A DNA stretch of 64,000 bases from positions 434,001-498,000 of the forward strand of contig SMSO01000025.1 in assembly GCA_004764695.1 (NCBI GenBank), in the 5' to 3' direction. Within the stretch, counting starts at the first letter, position 1; the number at the start of each line of letters is the position of its first letter. The stretch is from Schizochytrium sp. TIO01. Taxonomy: Eukaryota > Protista > Bigyra: Labyrinthulomycetes. Position numbers and translations under genes: made by a program. The notes beneath the pieces are model-generated. The model worked only from the letters and a program-made list of their open reading frames with translations. It did not search any database and was not told the origin of the DNA. Of this stretch, positions 46,645 to 56,186 are shown piece after piece.

Positions 46645-48774
46645 ATGCGCGGCTTCGGGCTTGGTGGGGAGGACTTAAGCCATGCAAAACCAAGATTTGT
46701 TGGCCCTATGGACGCTAGCGACGATGTGCTGACGAAATCGCGGGTCGCTAAGGTGCTCCTGGCGAGGAAATCTGGCACGAGCCCAGAGGCCTTTGGGCTT
46801 TCCCAAGAGCCAAGTTTGCTGGTGAGCAATAAACATGATGCATTCGATGATGGAGAACCTGCAACCCAGGTTGTAGAAGACGAGACCAGGCTTGAGGAAG
46901 ATCACCATTCTGAGGGCTCCACTTACTTAGGCCTCACCAACAGTGGGAATGGGGTCCGTTTGCGGAGCACAAAAATCGAAGATGCCCGACTTTCATCATC
47001 TAAATCAGGCACGAGGCTTGTTGATGCAGCATCAAAGATGAAAAAACCTAGACCTCATGTCGTGGAACGACTCAGACGGGCAGAACAGGCAAACATTACT
47101 AGCACTGCCCCTACCATGAAAGTGTACTTTTCAGACAGCGAAGATGAGGACGATGATTTTACACATTTCCGCCGGAGCCCGCATGGAGTCACAAGAGTCC
47201 CCTCATCTAGCGAGTTCCTGCGAACAGAAAGTGAAGAGTTTGTTTACCACACACGAAAGCGGGCAGGTTCGCGAGGTACCTTTCTTGATAGGCGAGACAT
47301 TGTCGATGAAGCAGCCGAATTTATACTACGCGAAAACCGATCCCGAGCAATGCACGATTCAAGTTTTAGAAGTGGGGAGTCAAACTCACGAGGTAGCGAT
47401 GCAGTAAATGCTATTTATAAAGTTCTGTCGGAGCAGGAACAACGCCACAAGATTGTAGCAACACAACACCAGCAACCAGAACAACATCTACCTCAGCAAC
47501 AAAAAGATATATCTCAATTACAACAAATTCAGCAAAGGTATGCATTTGCCCCACAAGTGTCACAGGCTCAACAGCAACGTAATCAGCGAACTGATCGGCA
47601 GGGCATGCATAATTTAAAGCGCCAAGGTATCCCCCTTGCTTCCCCTACTTTACTTGAGTCTGTGGCAGCTTCCCAGGAGCACCTGAATAGATCATTTCGT
47701 GGATTCTGTGTTGATGACAATGCAGATACCCAACGGCTTACCTTTACCCCGTTCTGCCAAGCTTGTGTTGAGGGTAAGTCTGATCTCGTCTCTAGCATTT
47801 TAGACGCGAGTGCAATGTTTCCTGATCGTCTAATTGATGCTAAAAATCATCTTGGACGAACTGCATTACATTGTGTCACTGCTCTACACCGCGGCTCTTT
47901 CCATGCAGCGCACGAAAGTGTCTTGCGAATTCTTCTTCAAGCTGGGGCAAATACCGATGATCGAGATAAAACAGGCTGGACACCCCTTTTCTACGCAGTC
48001 CAAAATGAGCACCGCGCAGCTATTCGGCTCTTGTGTGAGTATGGCGCCAATTTGTACTTGCGTGATCACCCAACGTGGGTCATTGATGCAATGTCTTCAC
48101 AAGCGGCCATTACTTTATTGGAGGAGGTTGCAGCTGATGATTGCGATATGACTGACCTTGAATCGTCACGTAATTTATTCACATTGTGCCGGGACCTAGG
48201 GCATACAGCTCTGCTTGAGTACCTTGTGACTTACACTACCATTCGGATCGAATCTCCTACTCGACTTTCATGGGGCTTTCAAGCATTAATGCCAGAAGTA
48301 GACGACATAGAGGAGAACGTTGTATTGATTCGCTGGAGTGCAATGACAGAGACACAAGACTTTGATGTTTATCTTCACGTGGTGGACACGATAGCTTCCG
48401 CAGCGCAGAACAAATTATCTATCCCACCCTCGTTTAGTATTGATAGAGTCGAAAGTGAGTCTCTGCAGTCTCTCCTCCAACATGCCACGTGCACAATTCA
48501 ACAACGTATCCGTTCTTTGCATCGTTTTCAATTGCAACACGGCGACCAGAATGATGTCAAACGGGATTTGCTCAGTGCATTGCTTGGGATAGCTGATGAG
48601 GGGGGTCCACTGCATCAGCAAGAGACTCGTAGTCGTCGCAATTCTGTGCATTCACAAGGCCAAGGAATGAACTCATCAACAACAACCGCCGGCCCGATGA
48701 TCTCAAAGCCACCCAAACGTATGACCTTGGAGCATATTGGGCCGGGCTATGTCCAACCGAACAAATGCTTCTGA
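46645..48774 (+). CDS. Ankyrin-repeat protein with disordered Ser/Gln-rich N-terminus
   Basis: 709 aa ORF with ankyrin repeats TPFCQAC..G, GRTALHCV....LLQAGAN, GWTPLFYAV....LLCEYGAN (~47740-48060). Start codon uncertain. Confidence 0.8.
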   Translation: MRGFGLGGEDLSHAKPRFVGPMDASDDVLTKSRVAKVLLARKSGTSPEAFGLSQEPSLLVSNKHDAFDDGEPATQVVEDETRLEEDHHSEGSTYLGLTNSGNGVRLRSTKIEDARLSSSKSGTRLVDAASKMKKPRPHVVERLRRAEQANITSTAPTMKVYFSDSEDEDDDFTHFRRSPHGVTRVPSSSEFLRTESEEFVYHTRKRAGSRGTFLDRRDIVDEAAEFILRENRSRAMHDSSFRSGESNSRGSDAVNAIYKVLSEQEQRHKIVATQHQQPEQHLPQQQKDISQLQQIQQRYAFAPQVSQAQQQRNQRTDRQGMHNLKRQGIPLASPTLLESVAASQEHLNRSFRGFCVDDNADTQRLTFTPFCQACVEGKSDLVSSILDASAMFPDRLIDAKNHLGRTALHCVTALHRGSFHAAHESVLRILLQAGANTDDRDKTGWTPLFYAVQNEHRAAIRLLCEYGANLYLRDHPTWVIDAMSSQAAITLLEEVAADDCDMTDLESSRNLFTLCRDLGHTALLEYLVTYTTIRIESPTRLSWGFQALMPEVDDIEENVVLIRWSAMTETQDFDVYLHVVDTIASAAQNKLSIPPSFSIDRVESESLQSLLQHATCTIQQRIRSLHRFQLQHGDQNDVKRDLLSALLGIADEGGPLHQQETRSRRNSVHSQGQGMNSSTTTAGPMISKPPKRMTLEHIGPGYVQPNKCF

Positions 48775-49949
48775 ACGTGCGGCAGCTATGAACGTGCCTT
48801 CATTACTTTCACTTCACCTTGCCCATATTGAAAATGCCTCCCAATTTTGTTGGACACTATCTTCTGAAGTGCGTGAACTTATTCCTCCAGATGCACTATG
48901 TCTCTTTGAAGTAACTCATGCAAGAAATGAAGGAATTTGCGGATATTCCTCAGTATTTCCAGTTTTTCAATCTGCAGTCAATAACTGCGAGGAAATCAAT
49001 TGAAACTTTTATTTTGTAACTATACTAAATTATTGAGAAAAAAAAAATCAATATTCAACAGTTGGAGCAAAACTGTGCGGCAGATTGACCGGAGAGTACA
49101 GTTCGCCTTGTCGCCTCATTAAATCTATTTCATTATGTTTTGTTTTGAAAAATAACTTCTTGTCTCATAGATTGTTTGTTTTACTTGAAAATATGCACAA
49201 AAATCATTCCGCCTATGTGTTTCCTCCGAAGACTGTTTTTTGATAGAGAATCTGAGGTCCGTGGTATGCACGGTCGACTATGCTACGACAAACTACTGTA
49301 CATTGAATTCATCTTCCAAGTTGTTGTTTCTGTTAGGCTCAGGCAAAAAAGATTTTTTGGGAAAAACAAAACAAATATCACAACTCGATACGAGAAGGGA
49401 AATAGTTGATTTTAATAATTGTTGGCAAAACAAAGAGTGTTAGTGATGTTTTCTTTTGTTTTCTTTTGATTTTTTAATTTTAATTATTATATCCGTTTTT
49501 GTGGCTTTGTTTTGTTTTATTTTATTTTATTTTGTTGAGCAACGGAAAGCTCCTCAGAAAGTCTTCACAAACGTATTGCAGGATCTGTTCTACAAAAGAT
49601 TTTAGGTAATGACATTACTATACCCATATGAAATAGACATTTATGTAAATTTATGAATACAATATATTGTGTTTCGTACATAAGTATCAAAGGGTTAGTG
49701 ATTCTAGCTAGAGAACGTTCGTAGCCCGGATCTGTTTTTACTACCTGGTGTTCTCGTGCACACTTATTAGAACGTTGAAAAGTGAAAAGGTTACAGAGTA
49801 TATCCAAGTCAGATTTAAACCGGGGACCATATCCTCTCCCCTCTCAACTGCGAAATTTCTGTACCTATCTTCATTGAATAAGGTGTCTCTTCGAACCTTG
49901 TGTCACATGGATAAAATCACGTAAGATAAAAAAGAAAGCGGCTGCAACG

Positions 49950-52103
49950 ATGAGGTGGAGAGGGGTCTTCATCTTATTCCTTGCTCTACTCGGCGGGCTC
50001 TGCCCAACAAGTGCAAACCCGACACCACATCGCATATTTATTAGCTTAGTTCACGACTATGGTTCTGTGACACTGGCTGGCAAGGACCCCACGCAAATGA
50101 CTTGGAGGCACCAAAGTTCGGAGGATATTATCCAACAGGCAGAGACGAAATTCAACAGTTTAACTAAACAGTCATCTACTGTGTTTGCAAAAGCAGATAC
50201 CATGAGTCTTCGTACCCCAGCCCCATGGGAGGATGGGGTACAACTGAGCGCCGACAAGATTTTAGATGCGTTCAAGGCCTGGTCCAAAAACACAGTATAT
50301 GACAGAATACAAGATGGAGTCTTTCATGTGCTGCTAACTACGCAATTGCCCCAAGAGGAAAGTTCAGTGAGTAAATTTGGCTCTTTTTCTCCAGGTGAAC
50401 CAGCATTTGGCATCATAAATGCTTCCACATTTTCGTACAAGGTTCTAGGGTCACGAATTGCGACCTCGCTTGCAATTAGTATGGGTATCCAAATTAGTTA
50501 TAATTCAACGACAGTCCAAGAATGCGAAGAATCAACGGAATCAGTTTTTCATAATGCAGAGCTAGTTGCTTTGAACGAGACGTATGATGACGTAGCTACG
50601 TGGTCATTTTGTGCATCATATGATCTAGAAGCATGGCTAGAGAACGATAGTTCAGCTATTGAAATTTTACAGATTGCATCATGTGGAAACGGAATCGTAG
50701 ACGCAGGAGAAGATTGTGATTGCATAGGTTCTGAATGTGATCATTGTTGCGATCTATCTACTTGTACCTTTTACAAGGATGCCTACTGTAGTTCGCTCGA
50801 TTCTTGTTGTAATGGCACTTGTCAGATAAAGACAGCAGGGGAAATCTGCCGGCCATCCGGTTCATCATTTGTGTGTGACCCTGTAGAGCGCTGCGATGGT
50901 GCTAATTCGGTATGCCCAAGTGATATTCAATTGCCGATTGGCTCAGCCTGTGTGGATCTAAATGGGCTGGAAGGCACTTGTTATGGTGTCCAGTGCATTG
51001 CATCTGCCGATGCGCACTGCATTGCACTAGGCTTCCTTGGCAGTTGTATCAAGCCTGGTAATTGTGAGTCAATTACATGCTACCTGGAGGAAGAACAATC
51101 TGCTTCCGGTTTTCAATACTGTTACCCGATCCATAAGGACATGCCAGACGGCATAGAATGCGATAGTAATTCGATATGCCTCGAAAACACGTGCGTTCCC
51201 GAATATGCTGCCAAAATAGAGCCACCTTACTGCATGGATGAAATAAAAGAGTATGAGGAAACTGATGTAGATTGCGGAGGAAGTGAGTGTCGCCCATGTG
51301 ATATGCTTCAAAGCTGTTCATCAAACTATGACTGTTTCGCACTCGAGTCAGATGAAGCACTTATATGTAAGAGTGACCAATGTCAAATAGAGGCACAAAG
51401 TAAAGCTTCAAATGGAGTCGACTGGAAAAGCAAGTATACCGCTATTCTCACAATAGCTGGCGTTTTTGCATCACTTATAGTTATAGCATTATTTCTGGTG
51501 ACGCGCGCAGAGGCTTGTCATCTGCTACAGCCAAATTTCGTTGAATGTAACTCTGCGCCGGACCGGCGTCGTAGAGTCTCCCTCGGGCAAAGGGCTCCAG
51601 CACTTGTGTTCCCTTTAGCCATTCAAAGGCATTATATTGAGCGACGAAAGATGAAACAAAAGCATACCGAGGAGATGGTGGAAAATGAGCAACCTGAGCT
51701 TGTTGAGAATTGGACATGCCCGCAATGCCTTTCATTAAACCTTAGTGAAAGCCTAGTCTGCAAAAATTGCAATCAGGATTCGTTACCAAGCCCAATCTTT
51801 GTTACGCATGTAGATATTACACCTCGATCAAGTCCTCCTAGATCACCTGTGCTACTAGAAGAATATCAAGAACGAGCCTCGCCCAGGTCTCCACTCGGTC
51901 TTCATATACCATTTTCTGTCTCAATTGGAGGAAAACCTCTGCAGGGCGACTCAGAAAGTCCATCAGAAAGAGTTCAGGAAGCTTCAGTTATTGTAACTGA
52001 ATGTCAAGATGGTAGATCTTCCACCACAAGAGTCTTTCTTGAAGATTCAGATGACGATGCATTTGGCGATGACATTAACGATGTTCATCCGATGACCTCG
52101 TAA
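49950..52103 (+). CDS. ADAM-like type I membrane protein: degenerate metalloprotease domain, disintegrin, Cys-rich region, TM and RanBP2-type zinc finger
   Basis: Signal peptide; CGNGIVDAGEDCDC followed by a disintegrin Cys pattern (CC...C...CC..C....GEICR....CD..ERCDG....CPSD); ETDVDCGG module; TM AILTIAGVFASLIVIALFLV; WTCPQCLSLNLSESLVCKNC. Confidence 0.85.
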   Translation: MRWRGVFILFLALLGGLCPTSANPTPHRIFISLVHDYGSVTLAGKDPTQMTWRHQSSEDIIQQAETKFNSLTKQSSTVFAKADTMSLRTPAPWEDGVQLSADKILDAFKAWSKNTVYDRIQDGVFHVLLTTQLPQEESSVSKFGSFSPGEPAFGIINASTFSYKVLGSRIATSLAISMGIQISYNSTTVQECEESTESVFHNAELVALNETYDDVATWSFCASYDLEAWLENDSSAIEILQIASCGNGIVDAGEDCDCIGSECDHCCDLSTCTFYKDAYCSSLDSCCNGTCQIKTAGEICRPSGSSFVCDPVERCDGANSVCPSDIQLPIGSACVDLNGLEGTCYGVQCIASADAHCIALGFLGSCIKPGNCESITCYLEEEQSASGFQYCYPIHKDMPDGIECDSNSICLENTCVPEYAAKIEPPYCMDEIKEYEETDVDCGGSECRPCDMLQSCSSNYDCFALESDEALICKSDQCQIEAQSKASNGVDWKSKYTAILTIAGVFASLIVIALFLVTRAEACHLLQPNFVECNSAPDRRRRVSLGQRAPALVFPLAIQRHYIERRKMKQKHTEEMVENEQPELVENWTCPQCLSLNLSESLVCKNCNQDSLPSPIFVTHVDITPRSSPPRSPVLLEEYQERASPRSPLGLHIPFSVSIGGKPLQGDSESPSERVQEASVIVTECQDGRSSTTRVFLEDSDDDAFGDDINDVHPMTS

Positions 52104-52459
52104 ATATGTCAGAGGCAGGAGTAGATTTTGGAAAAGCTGAATTATCTATTCTAAACATCCTATGCACTCGTGGAGGATCAACGTCTCCCCCTTTTTTATT
52201 TCAATTTATTTTCGATTTATTTTCAGTTTTGGTTTTTGTCTTTTCGGAGAAAAAAAATGAAAAAACGAACAAGAGGGTATTATTGAATTAAATTCGAATA
52301 ATTCAAATTTGCAAATAATCATCACAGACAGAACACTAAACCAGGAAATCACAGGCCTTGCCTTGGCAAAACCTACAACGCCCGCATCAATTCGAATTCA
52401 AGGAAAAACGAGATATTGTTTCTACGTTAAAAAATGTTTCTTTCTTACAAGACAAAAAC

Positions 52460-54460
52460 TTAGCTTGAGTCAGCACCAACCCAAAGAGCGTTTTGTGTGT
52501 CACAGCGCTCGCCAGAGTAACCCTTGAAACACGTGCAAAGGCCAGTGCTGGAATCGCAAAGACCCCGACCAGAGCATTCATCGGCCTCCATAGTCCCTGT
52601 TGCTTGAATTTCAAGTTCAACATCTGCGGTGTCGTCAAAAGCAGGTGAAGTAATGACGTCTGTCAACAGCATGTATCCAATCTTGTTGGTAGTATCGTAT
52701 GCAGACAAAGTCGCAGCGGTGGAATCAATGTCATTGCCATTAAATGCAAAGCCGTAGGTCATCAACAGCGGATCATAGAGGGTAGTAAGATCAGCGGTAG
52801 TTGACACATATGCCGTTACAAGCTTTAGGACACCACCATTGGTAGTAGAGCAGCGAGTCTTAGGGTCGTTAATCGAAGATTCAAAGGCAACAGAAGTACC
52901 GGTAGACCCTACGATCGTAGAAGCGAGGACGTATTTACCCATGTTGTAAATAGTTGTGCCATCAGAACATAAAAGCTCCACAGTAGCCCCAATAGGAAAA
53001 TCTACATCAGGGGAAGTGCCAATTGTAATTGTACCAGCGCTAATGTCAAGTGCAGAGAAAGTATTAACAGTGCCAACAGTGCCAGCATAAGTAGATGGTG
53101 CGTACTCTGAATTGCTAGGTACGAAGACGTTGTCAGCCTCAAACGTGATGTCCCATGACTTAACAACCTCAGCGGCAATATAGGTGGCGTCATACTGATC
53201 ATTGGTCTTGCCATCGTCAGTGACACTTGAAACGTCGACTGTGAGCAAGTTGAGAGCACCAGTGTTTGCCTTGTCGGAGAAGGTAATTTGAAGTTCAATG
53301 CAGAAAGGGTACTCAATTCGAGTGCAGCCACTTTGGGTACTTCCTAGAGTGCTAGGGGTGGCACCGACAGTATCACCTGAACCTCCTGCAAAGTAGGTGA
53401 CCTGATTAGACGAACCATCCAGTCCAATTACTTGGTTAGGATATGTGTAACCTGGGCAACGAAGACCATAGGTGAGGTCGTTTCCTGCCGGATCACTGGT
53501 ACCCCAAGCTGTAAGAATGCCTCCGTAAACTTCTTCACAGTACCCAGCAGTCACATCAACACTAGGAATGTGGGAGTTGGGAAGAGCTTCAAGTGCAGCC
53601 TCGACGTCATCGGCTACAGCTTGTGCAGCAGTGCTTCCATCGTAGTGAACAACGTCGATGGGATCCGTGGTAAACGATTGCCCGAAGAGGTTCTTGTACG
53701 TAAGGGTAAAAGTTCCAGCGAGACCAGAGCTCGAAGAATCACGAGCATCAGTTGAAGAGTAGTCACGATTTGAGTAGATACGGACACGCTGAGTCTCTGG
53801 AATCTGATGAGTTTTGGTCATGGGGTCATCACCAAGAGGGCAGCGCATCTCATCACAGCCAATACCAGTGAAACCAGGGTCACACTGGCAAGCACGCATA
53901 TGATCTGCGTCCCAGAATGTATAGGTGGTGGTCGAGCCCGTCTCGCGGTTGTTCTCTGTAACAAGCTGTGAGATAGTCATACAGCGACCATTGCCATTAC
54001 AGTAGTTACCACCGGGGCAAGTGGAACGGTCACAAGCAGATCCTTCGAAACCGTCGAAGCAAGTGCATTGACCAAGCTCACGGTCACATAAACCGGCGTT
54101 GGAGCACTCCATGTCAAAGTGCGCCTCTTCACTGGTAGCATAGGAAGGCCAGAACTCCCATGCACCACCCATGTTTTCGATCGTAAGAACATGAGCGCGA
54201 GACGTAAACGCAGTGTTTGGCTGGTAAACAGCAGCATCATAACGATCACCGTCACCGTTGATATCTCCTACCGGGGTGGTTGCCCAAGAGCGCCCATACG
54301 GGCAGACGCGTTGCTCACACCCGTTACCGCGAAAGCCCTGGTAGCAAGTGCACTGATCATTCGTACCACAAGTTCCGTGGCCTCCGCAGCTGTTTGGGCA
54401 CGCAGCCTCGGACTGGAGGACAGCAAGCGCCACAATGGCGCAAGCAAGAATGCGCTGCAT
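52460..54460 (-). CDS. Tubular mastigoneme (flagellar hair) protein, Ocm1/Sig1-like EGF-repeat family
   Basis: Signal peptide; CPNSCGGHGTC...RVCPYG..W; AH..MECSNAGLCDR..GQC.CFDGFEGSAC.R..CP; WDA....C.CDPGFTG..C....CP.GDDP; C-terminal ECSGRGLCDSSTGLCTCFKGYSG..C..QNAL. This layout is characteristic of stramenopile mastigoneme proteins. Confidence 0.88.
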   Translation of the reverse strand: MQRILACAIVALAVLQSEAACPNSCGGHGTCGTNDQCTCYQGFRGNGCEQRVCPYGRSWATTPVGDINGDGDRYDAAVYQPNTAFTSRAHVLTIENMGGAWEFWPSYATSEEAHFDMECSNAGLCDRELGQCTCFDGFEGSACDRSTCPGGNYCNGNGRCMTISQLVTENNRETGSTTTYTFWDADHMRACQCDPGFTGIGCDEMRCPLGDDPMTKTHQIPETQRVRIYSNRDYSSTDARDSSSSGLAGTFTLTYKNLFGQSFTTDPIDVVHYDGSTAAQAVADDVEAALEALPNSHIPSVDVTAGYCEEVYGGILTAWGTSDPAGNDLTYGLRCPGYTYPNQVIGLDGSSNQVTYFAGGSGDTVGATPSTLGSTQSGCTRIEYPFCIELQITFSDKANTGALNLLTVDVSSVTDDGKTNDQYDATYIAAEVVKSWDITFEADNVFVPSNSEYAPSTYAGTVGTVNTFSALDISAGTITIGTSPDVDFPIGATVELLCSDGTTIYNMGKYVLASTIVGSTGTSVAFESSINDPKTRCSTTNGGVLKLVTAYVSTTADLTTLYDPLLMTYGFAFNGNDIDSTAATLSAYDTTNKIGYMLLTDVITSPAFDDTADVELEIQATGTMEADECSGRGLCDSSTGLCTCFKGYSGERCDTQNALWVGADSS

Positions 54461-56186
54461 CAGTCAGATGTGGTTTGAACACTAAATAGTCGAGAGATCG
54501 AGAAATCCAACTAAGCTTTCTTCTACCCACGTCGCCCTTGTCAGTGCTTGCTCGGAGCACGCAAGTTCGAAGTTGCAGGTTTGTTGCTGCACGATGATGT
54601 TTTGATATCGTTTGTAAAGGCAGTACCAGGGAAATTTGACGCAATATAGGAAACAATATGTAAGTTGACCGTTGACTTTTGTTTTTTTTCTTGCTCTATA
54701 GTCTGGCAACGAACTTAGAGAAAAGAACTAAACTATCTTCTCTGAATTGCGAGCGAAGAGCGTGAGTAGGCTATTTTCACTCTTCAGTCTACCTTCAGAG
54801 CTTGCTAGTTTGTCTCTACCGTACGTCCTTCAAGGTTACCGTTAAAGTTGTGGTGCTGATATTATACGCATCTAGGTTAGATTTTTACTTTAAATTTCTT
54901 TCTTTCAAGGTCTTGTAATAATAATTATGTATTCACGCTGAGAATATTTATCTTTTAAAAAATGTTTTAGAAACCAACGTAAGTTTTTATGAGAGAGCCC
55001 ACAAAGAAGTTTCAAAGCGAACGCTAACCTGGCGATGGCCGTTTGTTTTCATGAGTGCAGGTATGCGAAGTAGCTTCATCGCAATGAAACTGATTTTTAC
55101 ATTTTAAATGCGTCCATGCCAACGGCTTCTTAAACGGTTACAATGTAGGTGCAAGTGGAATGGCAACAAGTCCCCACTTTCAAATCATTTTTATTATTAC
55201 TGATAAGCATGTGAAAAAAAATCAGTTTTTCATTGGAAGGTGCAACAGTGATTAAACAGTGTCGAAAGACAAACAAAAGTCCTTCCGATTCTTTCATGAA
55301 TTCAAAAGCTTATTTAAGTATATCTCGGTTTGTCACGAAAATTGAAAAGTAAATTTTTGAAAATGATTCGTTTAACCAGAGATGCTAGCGTTAGACTGGT
55401 TTGGTTTTAGCGATAAAGAGTGCACGCCAACGAGCAAAAAATTACGTCTCATTTTGACATGCCATCTGAAAGATGTCAACGGCTTGTTTTCCCATCTGAT
55501 GATAGTCATGCGTATCCCTCTGTAGGATATAGTTTGCAGAAAATGTGTCTAGACTGGAATCGTTGAATGGAACTGTTATTTCCAAATTTGTGAATTACTT
55601 GTAGCTTTCCCACCACCCTTTTTCACCTCCTCTCTTTCTTTGGATGGTTGTTCTTTTTCCTTAATGAGAATAGAGTAACTTTCGAAACAGTTTCATCGTA
55701 TGTATTCATGTCTTCTTATATGCGCAGGAATTTTTTGATGAGTGATATACAACTCAACGAGTTTTTCTGAGGACAAGATAACCAGTTCGACGGGCTGTTT
55801 CCCACGCTATTTGAAGCGACTTTTGTTGAGCCTAATTTCTTAGTATAATTATTGCAGTTTAGCTTGTGTAGTAGTCTGACAAGAGAGTAAATTCTGGTAA
55901 GTGGTAAAGAAAGGCTTGTCGAAGAAGGTGAAAGTGCAAAGGGCGATAGTAAGGTCATCCAGGTACTATGAGTGAATAGTGTCAGACCGATAGGTTTAGT
56001 TGGGTAAGGCTTGGGTAAGGCATCTAGCTGGGTATTACTTCAAGCATCATATAAAGGTAAAATTGAATAAAGGCTTCAGGAAACAAAATCGTGGATACAT
56101 ACAAACTTGAGAGTAACGTTATTATCCTAACCAGGTTTGAAAGAATGTGGTACATGTTGACATAAAAAAGTATGCAGTAGAAGGGC

